Sequence record: OU343167.1
Reading direction: 5' to 3' (one strand)
DNA: 64,000 nucleotides
Each line of letters opens with the position of its first letter. Position 1 is the first letter of the stretch. Made by a program: the position numbers and the translations under genes. The notes below the pieces were generated by a model that saw only the letters and a list, made by a program, of their open reading frames with translations, did not search any database and had not been told where the DNA came from. Below are positions 41,153-50,063 of this stretch, piece by piece.

Positions 41153-43018
41153 ATGATTCGTGATACCGAAACTCAAAACACTCAAGCTCAAGCCAACAAC
41201 GCTCCGGCTCAAGCTACTCCGCGCGCACAACAGGAAGCTCCTCGTATGCAACAAGCTGCACCTCAAGCTCTGCAAGGCGGTATTTCCGGCCTGCCGAACA
41301 TGTTCAAACGTTCCGGTCGTACTGATGGCGGCGACGCCCGTGCGAGCGAAGCGCTGCAAGTAATGACCCGCGTTGGCAAAGATGCCATCGACCATCAAGA
41401 CCTGGAAAACGATTTCCAGATTCTGCGTTTCGACCGTGATGCCAACCGTGTTGGCTACTCCGCGCTGCTGATCGTCAAGCACGCTGCTGGTGGTAACGGT
41501 ATCATCGTAGTTCGTCCGCTGATCATGCCGAACCCGGCAATCACCCTGCCTCCGCGTCAGGTTACCATTCAGAACGGCATGAGCCACGATCGCTTCGATG
41601 TAGACGTCGAAGTACAAGACGTATTCACCGTTCAGTACTGGAACCGCATCTGCGAATTCGTTCGTCAGACCACCGGTCGTCCGAAGGCTGAAGTACACCC
41701 GGCTGGCCCGCTGCCGATCCCGGCTGAATTCGATCTGAAAGACGAAGTCCTGCTGAAAGACATTCTGATCCGTTCCGTCAACCTGTGTGACGACGTTCTG
41801 GCTAAGAAAGCTGGCGAGACTCCGTTCCAGATCGCAATGCTGCGCGGCCAAGATGAAACCCTGGCTGCCAAGATGGACTTCTCCGGTCGTCCGGTAATGG
41901 ACAGCGTCGGTAACCCGATCAAGTCCGATATCGTGATCAGCCTGAACCGTACCAAGAAACAAGGTCAGCAAGAGAACGAGTTCTACGAAGCAGACACCAT
42001 GCTGAACCAGGTGTCGGTACAAGTAACCCTGGAGTACACCCCCACTCCGCAAGCCCAGATGTTCGGTCAACAGACCCAACCGCTGCCGCCGTTCTCCCCG
42101 GCGATCCTGGTAACCGACATTCGTCAGGCCAACTGGATCAAGGCAAACACTCTGGAACTGTACCTCTTCGCTCTGTCGAACGCCTTCCGCGTAACCGCTG
42201 GCCAGGCTTGGGCTCGTAAGTTCCTGCCTCAAGTTGGTAAAGTTAAAGACCTGGGTGACATCGGTGCTCTGGGTTGGCTGTCCAACCTGGGTAAGAAGAT
42301 CGATACCAAGTCCGATACCTTCACCGATCAGAACTTCGCTGATCTGATGCTGAGCATGGTTCGTCCGAACCCGTCCTTCCTGATCGATCTGGATCGCATG
42401 GGCGACAACGCAGCACTGGACGTAATCTTCCTGGATGCCATGGGTGGCCCGAACCAACAGAAAGCTACTGCCGCGATCATTCGCGCTGTACAGAACCTGG
42501 TTGGTGGTGGCTTCGAGCGCTTCTTCGACTTCAACACTCAGCCGATCATTGCATCGACTGGCACTGAAGTGAACAAGGGCTACTACTGGGATGGCGACGA
42601 GAAACGTGACCGTCGTGACCTGGATGCACTGGGTGCACTGAACGCTGCTGAGGGCAACCAACAAGAGTGGATGTCCTGGTACGGTACTCAATGCAACCCG
42701 AACATCCATCCGGAACTGCGTAACAAGCAATCCAAGAATTACGACCGTGCGTTCCTGGGTGCTGTAACCTACACCACTCGTGCACATCGTGGTATCTTCA
42801 ACCCGAAGTTCATCGAGGGTCTGGATAAGGCGATTGCTGCTGCTGGTCTGACTGTAGCAATGGACAACGTTGCACAGGTCTTCGGTGCTCAGCGCTTCGT
42901 TGGCAACACCATGATCCAAGACTTCGCTGTCGGTTCTACCGCACAGGTTGTCAACGGCATGGGCGTTGGTGGCGGCTACCAGATGAACATGGTAGGTTCG
43001 GTTGGTACTCTGTACTAA
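41153..43018 (+). CDS. chmA: Chimallin, major phage nucleus shell protein
   Basis: 621 aa. MIRDT start, GGDARASEAL, ILRFDRD, QQENEFYE, GGGFERFFD, DEKRDRRDLD and C-terminal ...LY match 201phi2-1 gp105 as recalled. Confidence 0.96.
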   Translation: MIRDTETQNTQAQANNAPAQATPRAQQEAPRMQQAAPQALQGGISGLPNMFKRSGRTDGGDARASEALQVMTRVGKDAIDHQDLENDFQILRFDRDANRVGYSALLIVKHAAGGNGIIVVRPLIMPNPAITLPPRQVTIQNGMSHDRFDVDVEVQDVFTVQYWNRICEFVRQTTGRPKAEVHPAGPLPIPAEFDLKDEVLLKDILIRSVNLCDDVLAKKAGETPFQIAMLRGQDETLAAKMDFSGRPVMDSVGNPIKSDIVISLNRTKKQGQQENEFYEADTMLNQVSVQVTLEYTPTPQAQMFGQQTQPLPPFSPAILVTDIRQANWIKANTLELYLFALSNAFRVTAGQAWARKFLPQVGKVKDLGDIGALGWLSNLGKKIDTKSDTFTDQNFADLMLSMVRPNPSFLIDLDRMGDNAALDVIFLDAMGGPNQQKATAAIIRAVQNLVGGGFERFFDFNTQPIIASTGTEVNKGYYWDGDEKRDRRDLDALGALNAAEGNQQEWMSWYGTQCNPNIHPELRNKQSKNYDRAFLGAVTYTTRAHRGIFNPKFIEGLDKAIAAAGLTVAMDNVAQVFGAQRFVGNTMIQDFAVGSTAQVVNGMGVGGGYQMNMVGSVGTLY

Positions 43019-43340
43019 GAAACAACTCCCCCGGTTGATAGGGGTGTCAGAAGGCTGGCATCCCGATTCAAATACTGCGACCCTGGTTCACTTCGGTGAT
43101 AACGGTTAGGAGTAGGTTCCGCGAAGTAATCGACTAGTGGGCGTAAAGTCTAGGTCGACCTCTCGCTACACGGGTCGTGAGTGATCACTTAACCGAAAGG
43201 AGTTACTCTTGGGTAACGTGTGATCAAACAACGATGGATGGTAAAAGGTCCTAGTGCCAGAGTGCTACAGAGAAGAGCGGAGGTTAAGCTTTGTAGACGA
43301 CGCTAGGATCGTGCCAGGCTCCGTTGGTGGTCCATCGATA
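43019..43340 (+). ncRNA. Putative structured non-coding RNA / 3' element downstream of chmA
   Basis: At least 8 helices with G-U pairs, UUCG and GAAA tetraloops, and nested long-range pairings. No credible ORF. Bounded by the chmA stop and a strong terminator. Confidence 0.7.
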
Positions 43341-43341
43341 G

Positions 43342-43386
43342 TAGATAAGGCGGCTCCTTCGGGAGCCGCTTCTATCTCCTTTTTTT
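43342..43386 (+). terminator. Strong intrinsic terminator
   Basis: AGATAAGGCGGCTCC-ttcg-GGAGCCGCTTCTATCT followed by a T-tract. Confidence 0.85.
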
Positions 43387-43410
43387 GTCGAGACATAATA
43401 GGAAGTAGGT

Positions 43411-44670
43411 ATGGGTCTATATGCTCAGGTTGTCAATCATGACGAGATGCTCGCTAACCAAAGAGGTAAAGTAGTATTCGCTAACGACTTTAATACCAGC
43501 AATGCTGAACAAAAGGAGGAATTCCAACGTTATCTGTTCTCCCATTATCAGGATGCAGATGCGATCGAGAACTCAGCTTCGTGTGACTGTGAGCATATCA
43601 CAGAAGCATACAAGCTTGGGGTAATCTGCGATAACTGCGGTACACCAGTAGTAAGCACGAGCAACCGACCCATCGTCCCATCGATGTGGATTCGGGCACC
43701 GGAAGGGGTGGATCGTCTGGTGAGTCCCGAGTTGTGGATTATGCTTTCAGGTTATATGTCGATGAAAGAATTCGACTTCCTGGAGTATCTGACCAACACC
43801 CAGTATCAGTACGATTACGATACGATCAGTTCGAAGGAAACAAAACGGAAACTTGACAAGTTACTGGCTCGCCAGTTCCCGCGTGGACTGAACAACTTCG
43901 TTCAGAACTTCGATACGATCTTCCAGTTCTTGCTCGATAGCAGTATCATCAATACCAACAAAGGTGAGATGGCTGCATTCGTTAACCAGAATAAAGAACA
44001 TCTGTTCCCGAAGAACATTCCGATCCCAACTAAACTCTGCTTCGTTGTAGAGTCTACGACCTCGGGTGTTTACATCGATAAGCCGATCGGCGCAGCAATC
44101 GATGCGGTACTGACTATTAGTAGTATCGGTAGTTCGGCAATTCCGCTGAAACCAATCACTGTACAAAACCGTGTAGCTCGTGCACTGAAGCTTCTAGCTA
44201 TCTTCCACGAGAACTACGACAAACAACGAATTGCACAGAAACCCGGTTTGGTTCGTCGACATGTACTAGGTGGTCGTCTTAACCTGACTGCACGTGCAGT
44301 AATTACTTCTATCAGTGATCCGCATGATTACGATGAACTTCACATTCCGTGGGGTGTCGGTTGTCAGCTGTTGAAGTATCATCTGATCAACAAGCTCAAA
44401 CGCAAATTCCGTATGACGACTCGCCAAGCGAACTCGTTCATTTACGAGAACGTTCTGAAGTACAACGAAGTCATCGATCAACTGTTCAAAGAGATCATCG
44501 CGGAATCGAAGTATAAGGGTCTTCCTTGTGTATTCCACCGCAACCCGACTCTGCAACGTGGTTCGACTCAACAGTTCTTCATCACCGTTATCAAGAATGA
44601 CATTCGCGATAACTCGATCAGCATGTCGGTCCTCTGTCTTAAAGCTCCTAATGCGGATTTCGACGGAGAT
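43411..44670 (+). CDS. Non-virion RNA polymerase beta' N-terminal subunit, exon 1 (phiKZ gp55-like)
   Basis: Zn-binding CDC..CDNC, GGRLNLTARAVI, HRNPTL and catalytic NADFDGD ending at 44670 (420 codons). Confidence 0.93.
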
Positions 44671-45032
44671 TTTAATTGGTCTCCTAACCTTCTTAATTGC
44701 TGGAACCTCCTTAGAGCCTAACTACCAAAGCGGGGTCCGAAAGGACGAACGTAACGGTTTGAAAAGTGTTAGGATTGGACAATCAGCAGCGAAGCTTCTA
44801 CATATTACCGTGAGGTAAGATATGAAGAACGTTCAACGACTATCGAAACCGCTGCGAAAGCAGATAAGGGAGTAGAGTAGGATCAAGTGATCCGAAATAG
44901 AAGGCTTCCCCATAGGGAAGAAGATATAGTCTCACCATCTAGTGAAAGCTAGAGCAGTTACTTAATGTCGAGAGATATTAAGTGGACGGTACAGCTGCGA
45001 CATGTCGCTAACGAAGCTGTACGAAGAATGTG
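44671..45032 (+). mobile_element. Group I intron (subgroup IA2-like), 362 nt, no homing endonuclease
   Basis: P1: exon GGAGAU pairs with intron GUCUCC, with U-G at the splice site. P AATTGCTGGAA 44695, Q AATCAGCAG 44781, R GTTCAACGACTA 44831, S AAGATATAGTCT 44921. P3 CCTTCT/AGAAGG, P7.1/P7.2, P8, P9-P9.2, terminal omega-G at 45032. Confidence 0.93.
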
Positions 45033-45239
45033 CAACTTAACTTAACGTTGATGCCCGATAACTATCTGGCTGATGCAACTGAACGAATCGCTCCGCATAC
45101 TTGGGTACTGAGTCCTGATGATCCGCACGAGATCTCGGGTAACTTGGAACTACAAGGTCCGGTAGTAGAGACCATCATCAACTATGCTCACGAGGACTAT
45201 CTTCCGTCCTTGGAAGAATGGTTGGCGAAAGCAGCTTAA
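45033..45239 (+). CDS. nvRNAP beta' N-terminal subunit, exon 2 (phiKZ gp56.1-like)
   Basis: Splicing restores in-frame NADFDGD|QLNLTLM; spliced product is 488 aa. Confidence 0.9.
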   Translation, partial: QLNLTLMPDNYLADATERIAPHTWVLSPDDPHEISGNLELQGPVVETIINYAHEDYLPSLEEWLAKAA

Positions 45240-45259
45240 CGATCCAAGAGGAGTAATCC

Positions 45260-45874
45260 ATGTTACAACAGGCATACGGCGTCGATCTGATGGACATCGT
45301 CGCTGGTGGCCATCTGGATCAAAATACCACGAACTGGTTGGGTGAACGTTCTCAGACACTTCGTAGTAACCTGAGTTCGATGGCAACTTCGTTCTTCGAT
45401 CAAGCACAAAATCTTTACCAGATGATCAGTACCAGCACAGCGGTACAGGCGATGCGGAACATTGTTGCTAAAACGGATAACAGTTGGATGTCTAACAACA
45501 TTCACGGACTGTACACGTTAGAGCAATTGCAAACCGCAAATCCGATCATGCAACGATACATCATGGCACAAGAACGCCTGCGTGGTATGTATCTGAACAA
45601 CATGGTTGAAGGTTATGCTGATTCGTATGTAAACCATCATGGTGATCGTGTTGGCGAACGCCATTACGATTATCGTCGTGTGATGGACGAAGTACTGGTT
45701 GTCAATGATGACCACACCGTAGTCAAGCAGTTCTACGAAGAAATCCCAGAAGGTGATAAAGAGCTTTCTCTCTACGAGAAGGTTGATATTCTCCGTTCAT
45801 GGAATCTTGTGAATGTTGCTCTAGATGAAAACGAAATGGATCCAACCAGTCCTGTAGGGAACTTGTTGGGTTAA
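45260..45874 (+). CDS. Conserved Chimalliviridae core hypothetical protein (204 aa)
   Basis: GAGGAG SD; C-terminal DPTSP motif; syntenic after beta'-N. Confidence 0.75.
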   Translation: MLQQAYGVDLMDIVAGGHLDQNTTNWLGERSQTLRSNLSSMATSFFDQAQNLYQMISTSTAVQAMRNIVAKTDNSWMSNNIHGLYTLEQLQTANPIMQRYIMAQERLRGMYLNNMVEGYADSYVNHHGDRVGERHYDYRRVMDEVLVVNDDHTVVKQFYEEIPEGDKELSLYEKVDILRSWNLVNVALDENEMDPTSPVGNLLG

Positions 45875-45877
45875 CAA

Positions 45878-45909
45878 CATAAACGGAGTCCCTTAGGGGA
45901 CTCCTTTAT
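45878..45909 (+). terminator. Intrinsic terminator
   Basis: CATAAACGGAGTCCC-ttag-GGGACTCCTTTAT. Confidence 0.75.
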
Positions 45910-45932
45910 AACGAGGATATAAGGAATTTAGT

Positions 45933-46355
45933 ATGATCGAACCGGTGTCGTTTAAGGCCGATCCTAATAAAGCACGTCGCCCTATTCTCGATAGTTACGC
46001 TCAAAAAATACAAGCTCAAAAAGGGCGTATGAATGTAGTAACTTACTGTGCCAATAACCCCGATAAGATGGTTAAGATACATCGCGACGGTAATAAATGG
46101 TATTGTTGTATTGAACGTGATGGCGTCGAAGTAATTGACAAAAATGAAATAATTGTCATGGGTCCCCCTGGATTCCCAGATACGATTCAACTACAGATTT
46201 CCAATGACCCTAATGATAAAGTACATTTCGTGGAAATTCATGATGGTCGTATTTGGGAAGCAATCAACGCTATCGGTGGCGGCTATACCCGAAAAAGGAT
46301 TGAGTTGCCATTCGGACATCCTTTCTTAGACTTCCTTTTCGTGGAGTCCGATTGA
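45933..46355 (+). CDS. Hypothetical protein (140 aa)
   Basis: AAGGA SD. Confidence 0.7.
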   Translation: MIEPVSFKADPNKARRPILDSYAQKIQAQKGRMNVVTYCANNPDKMVKIHRDGNKWYCCIERDGVEVIDKNEIIVMGPPGFPDTIQLQISNDPNDKVHFVEIHDGRIWEAINAIGGGYTRKRIELPFGHPFLDFLFVESD

Positions 46356-46372
46356 GTCCAATGATGTAGTTA

Positions 46373-46392
46373 GCGGAGTCTTAGGACTCCGC
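46373..46392 (+). terminator. Hairpin, possible terminator
   Basis: GCGGAGTC-ttag-GACTCCGC; weak U-tract. Confidence 0.5.
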
Positions 46393-46422
46393 ATACTTTC
46401 CTATTATTTTTTTGGAGTTGCC

Positions 46423-46827
46423 ATGACAGTCTCTCTCCCAACACTAGGTACTGATGGTTGGATTACCTCAATGGAATCCAAAGCAGACTACATCATCTCT
46501 ACTTTCCTTACAACAAATAGGTCCATGTCAACGTTACATAGGACACAAAATACTTCGCTTCAATATCTACTGAAGGAATATGCTAACGATATCCTTAATC
46601 TGGAAATTCAGCTTCGTGATGTACTAACAAATAAACTACGAACCGTGTTTGGTGAATCAGCTCAGGCTTTGGTTAGTATTGTTCCAGCGAGTCCAGATAA
46701 TCCGGATGCATTCTCCATTCAGTTTACAGGTATAGTCACTGATGGTACTAAAGAGTATACAGTGGGTAAACTGGTTCAATTCCAAAATTCACACATTGTG
46801 AATATTGCTAATATCAACAACGGGTAA
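46423..46827 (+). CDS. Conserved hypothetical protein (134 aa)
   Basis: GGAG SD; starts PTLGTDGWI. Confidence 0.75.
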   Translation: MTVSLPTLGTDGWITSMESKADYIISTFLTTNRSMSTLHRTQNTSLQYLLKEYANDILNLEIQLRDVLTNKLRTVFGESAQALVSIVPASPDNPDAFSIQFTGIVTDGTKEYTVGKLVQFQNSHIVNIANINNG

Positions 46828-46831
46828 ATAT

Positions 46832-47422
46832 ATGTCGAATCTTGATTCTCAAATGGAAGAAGCACAGGTACTGGTCGATGGGGAATCAGATGTTAAATCT
46901 GCTCCTGACCTTAATGAAACAGATGCACTCATTCAACGAGTGGAACATCTTAATCGCACGGTAGAACGGCTGAGCGAAAGGCTTCATGTTTCTGAAAAGG
47001 CTATTAAACAAATTTTGGAAGCACTGACCCAATCGGAAGATCTACATGAACTTCGTGTCATTAAGATTCTCTCTAGTTTCTTTGGTGGGTTGAATAATAG
47101 CCTTCGTGAAAGTCTTGAGCATATGACTCAAGAAGTATCCACACGTCGTTATGGTTTTACTATTGAAGTTGTTGATGGTGTTAACGTAACGGCACACGAG
47201 AATAGTGTAATTGCAACCAAACGAGAAGATGGTGGTATTGATTTCGCATCTATTAATACCCCCGATCAAATCCAAAACCATGGAACCGAACCATTCGTTC
47301 AATACCTGAAGCAACATGATGAACTGTTTGAAGGTCAGAATGCAATCGTCATTAATATCCTTGCTTCTAAAGATGCACTTGAAAAAGTACAAGGAGAATT
47401 GAATGAGCCAGTATCAAACTGA
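46832..47422 (+). CDS. Hypothetical protein with N-terminal coiled coil (196 aa)
   Basis: ATG 46832 just after the previous stop. Confidence 0.7.
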   Translation: MSNLDSQMEEAQVLVDGESDVKSAPDLNETDALIQRVEHLNRTVERLSERLHVSEKAIKQILEALTQSEDLHELRVIKILSSFFGGLNNSLRESLEHMTQEVSTRRYGFTIEVVDGVNVTAHENSVIATKREDGGIDFASINTPDQIQNHGTEPFVQYLKQHDELFEGQNAIVINILASKDALEKVQGELNEPVSN

Positions 47423-48014
47423 TACAGCTGAAGAAATCCGCGCACGTCATGTAACGCGTGGAATCGATGATTGTCTGAATACAATCATCGCAAACGACGA
47501 GATGCAGTTGCCCATTATCCTGGAAGACAGGTTTGTGAAAGAGGTCTTACCCCTACTAGTAAGACCATGGGATACTGATAACTTAACCCGTTATCGGAAA
47601 TACGTACTAGAATTGACAAATCCTCTGCGTGTAGCTTCTAATGAAGCAGAGCCGAAGATTCTTTTTACTGTACCAGCTTTGTATCCCAGGCCAGCTACCT
47701 CATGGGCAGCCGATGCTACAACTGCATCTATTTCACATGTAGTAGATTACATTGCTATTGAACGTGAACGGTCTCTGCAAGATCTTGAACCGTATATCAC
47801 GGAGTTCTTAAGTAGTGTATCTATTACTACAACCGTGGACAAAAGTGTTCTCATTCCTTTAGCTAACATCCTGGCGATGTACAACCGCACTTTCGAAGAT
47901 GAAAGTGGGAATCCATTGTACACCCTCGCCGGGGGTGTTCCCGTTAAAGGGTCTAATGGTAGTGTACGTCAACAGGCTGATACAAGCTCATTTGACGACG
48001 ATTATGAAGACTGA
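47403..48014 (+). CDS. Conserved hypothetical protein (203 aa)
   Basis: GGAG SD; acidic C-terminus. Confidence 0.75.
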   Translation: MSQYQTDTAEEIRARHVTRGIDDCLNTIIANDEMQLPIILEDRFVKEVLPLLVRPWDTDNLTRYRKYVLELTNPLRVASNEAEPKILFTVPALYPRPATSWAADATTASISHVVDYIAIERERSLQDLEPYITEFLSSVSITTTVDKSVLIPLANILAMYNRTFEDESGNPLYTLAGGVPVKGSNGSVRQQADTSSFDDDYED

Positions 48015-49149
48015 TAAAACAAAGTTCCCCGGTACATTTCGATATATAAGCCTAGGTGATATTCACCTAGGTCATCGGACAACTCCTACCTCTCATATTC
48101 TGTTAAACTTAGATAAAGTTATTACAGATAAGATGTTAAAGGAACTCGATATGGTCATTATTACTGGTGACCTATTCGACCGACAGCTTAACTACGGTGA
48201 TGAATCTGTACACCAGATAAACCGTTGGGCAACAACGTTCATGATGCGCTGCGCTGCAAATAACGTGATGCTCAGAATAGTTGAAGGTACACCTAGCCAT
48301 GATAGGGAACAAACCCAGTTCTTTGTAGAGCAAAAAGTAAACGTAAATATTCCAGTCGATCTCCATTACTCTAAGACACTGTCAATTGAGTATATTGAGA
48401 AGCTCGATGCACATTTTCTTTATGTCCCAGATAAATGGCATCCATCAACAGCTGTTACTTTATCGCAGGTAAAAGAACAGATGGCTTCACTGGGCATAGA
48501 GAAGGTTGACTTTGCTATTATGCATGGTGCATTTAGTTATCAGCTACCTTCCATTGTAGAAGAACCAACTCACGATGAAGAAGAATACTTAGCTTTAGTA
48601 AAACATCAGATCTTGATTGGTCATGTCCACAACATGACTATTAATGATAGAATTTACGCAGCTGGTTCTTTCGATCGAATCTGTCATGGCGATGAGATCG
48701 ATAAAGGGTTGTTTCATTTTATCGTTCGTGAGGATGGTAATTTCACGGCGACATTTATAAAGAACAAAAATGCTAAGAAGTATGTTACTTTAGAAGTTCA
48801 CGGTTATGATACTAAACAACTTCTTAATAAAGTAAAAGAAACCTTAGCAGAACTACCCAAGTATTCTGCTATACGACTGCGTTGTGACCCAATGGACGTA
48901 GCTAACGGCGATATCGAAACATTTCGAGTTGAGTATCCTAACTACGAATGGTCTGTCTTGGTGGAAAAAGCTACTAAGAAAAAGAATAGTGTAGCGACAA
49001 GTCTAAAAGAATTTGACATGTCTAAGTTTATCGCTATTACACCAGAGACAATTAGTGATCTTCTTAAAGAAGAGATTTCAAAAGTCACTGATGATCAGAC
49101 CATACAAGTCCGTTGTCTTGAAAGGTTGGCACAGTTCGTTAGGAATTAA
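48004..49149 (+). CDS. sbcD: SbcD/Mre11-family metallophosphoesterase nuclease
   Basis: GDIHLG, ITGDLFD, GTPSHD, MHG, GHVH, YAAGS motifs. Confidence 0.9.
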   Translation: MKTDKTKFPGTFRYISLGDIHLGHRTTPTSHILLNLDKVITDKMLKELDMVIITGDLFDRQLNYGDESVHQINRWATTFMMRCAANNVMLRIVEGTPSHDREQTQFFVEQKVNVNIPVDLHYSKTLSIEYIEKLDAHFLYVPDKWHPSTAVTLSQVKEQMASLGIEKVDFAIMHGAFSYQLPSIVEEPTHDEEEYLALVKHQILIGHVHNMTINDRIYAAGSFDRICHGDEIDKGLFHFIVREDGNFTATFIKNKNAKKYVTLEVHGYDTKQLLNKVKETLAELPKYSAIRLRCDPMDVANGDIETFRVEYPNYEWSVLVEKATKKKNSVATSLKEFDMSKFIAITPETISDLLKEEISKVTDDQTIQVRCLERLAQFVRN

Positions 49150-49151
49150 AT

Positions 49152-49979
49152 ATGGAACTCATTGAAAGAGATGTCGGACAGCTTCCAGTTAGTATCGGTA
49201 CTTCTCTTGCCTTTGAGGGATTCTTAGGAATTCACCCGAATCAACCTAAGCATCCGATTGACGTTAAATCGGTAAAAGAGATATGGGTCAATCTTCGAAC
49301 ATTGGCCCGTAATCTTAATTCAGCTGTAGCTACGGATAAAGTCCATGGCATTAATCCAGCTGATGCTGTTACAATCCTAATGCAGGAAATACAGACAATT
49401 CCGGTTGCACTGGGGCAACATGGATCGAAAGTCAAGGTGCGTTGGTATATCGCATCTAAAGACGCGGTCAAGTGGGAATACCCCAAGGCTATTTATAAAG
49501 AAGCCAAAACGCCAAAACAAATGGCATATGAAGTATACGAACGTTACGCGGCAATTGAACTTCTGCATCAAATGAAAGATGCAGGAATAGAAGTGATGGA
49601 GATCGATAAAGCTCCAGTAAGGACCCAAGGTACGATCGCTTTGGTTACCCATTTTCCACATGAGCTATTGTGGAAACAATATTTCGATCGTCTTCTTTTG
49701 TTGGAATCCCACACAGGGAAAATAAAACCGTACAACTTGTGGTACACCAAGCTTAACGGCATAAAAGAGGATACGCCCATCCCATTCACTAAATTCACTC
49801 TACAAGTGTTTGGCGATAGCGTTGTTTTCGATGCACAACCAAAAGCTATTAAGGCCCAACTGAAACAGTTAGCTGCTTCGAGACGTTGGTCGCCTGTAAC
49901 TACACAAGACAAAATCTATCATGACATTACAACTCATGGCAGTAAAGAACTTAAAGAATGTTACGCGCTATTACGCTGA
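49152..49979 (+). CDS. Conserved core hypothetical protein (275 aa)
   Basis: Syntenic between SbcD and ChmC; PVSIGTSLA and LLESHTG motifs. Confidence 0.75.
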   Translation: MELIERDVGQLPVSIGTSLAFEGFLGIHPNQPKHPIDVKSVKEIWVNLRTLARNLNSAVATDKVHGINPADAVTILMQEIQTIPVALGQHGSKVKVRWYIASKDAVKWEYPKAIYKEAKTPKQMAYEVYERYAAIELLHQMKDAGIEVMEIDKAPVRTQGTIALVTHFPHELLWKQYFDRLLLLESHTGKIKPYNLWYTKLNGIKEDTPIPFTKFTLQVFGDSVVFDAQPKAIKAQLKQLAASRRWSPVTTQDKIYHDITTHGSKELKECYALLR

Positions 49980-50063
49980 TTAGAAAGAATACTCTTCATC
50001 GATATAGTACGTAGAAACACTTTCGCGAAGTGTAAAAATTAATCCAATTGGAGCTAACACATC

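Noticed and set aside
41132-42919. 595-aa antisense ORF over chmA
   Set aside because: It mirrors chmA, has no recognisable motifs or SD, and is explained by the strong codon bias that removes antisense stops.
43019-43340. Identity as tmRNA, RNase P, SRP, tRNA cluster or group I/II intron
   Set aside because: No tmRNA-like ends or tag, no GAGGAAAGUCC core, no TPsiC/CCA, no P/Q/R/S set and no domain V consensus found by eye.
43254-43442. 62-aa ORF inside the putative ncRNA
   Set aside because: GTG start without SD; runs through a strong terminator and into the next gene; no protein-like features.
44671-44721. Annotating the beta'-N gene as ending at 44721 (FNWSPNLLNCWNLLRA)
   Set aside because: These residues are read-through into intron sequence; the true C-terminus is in exon 2.
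44528-44818. ORF overlapping the intron as a candidate homing endonuclease
   Set aside because: No HNH, GIY-YIG or LAGLIDADG motif; it overlaps exon 1 and the ribozyme core; the intron is too short (362 nt) to hold an endonuclease.
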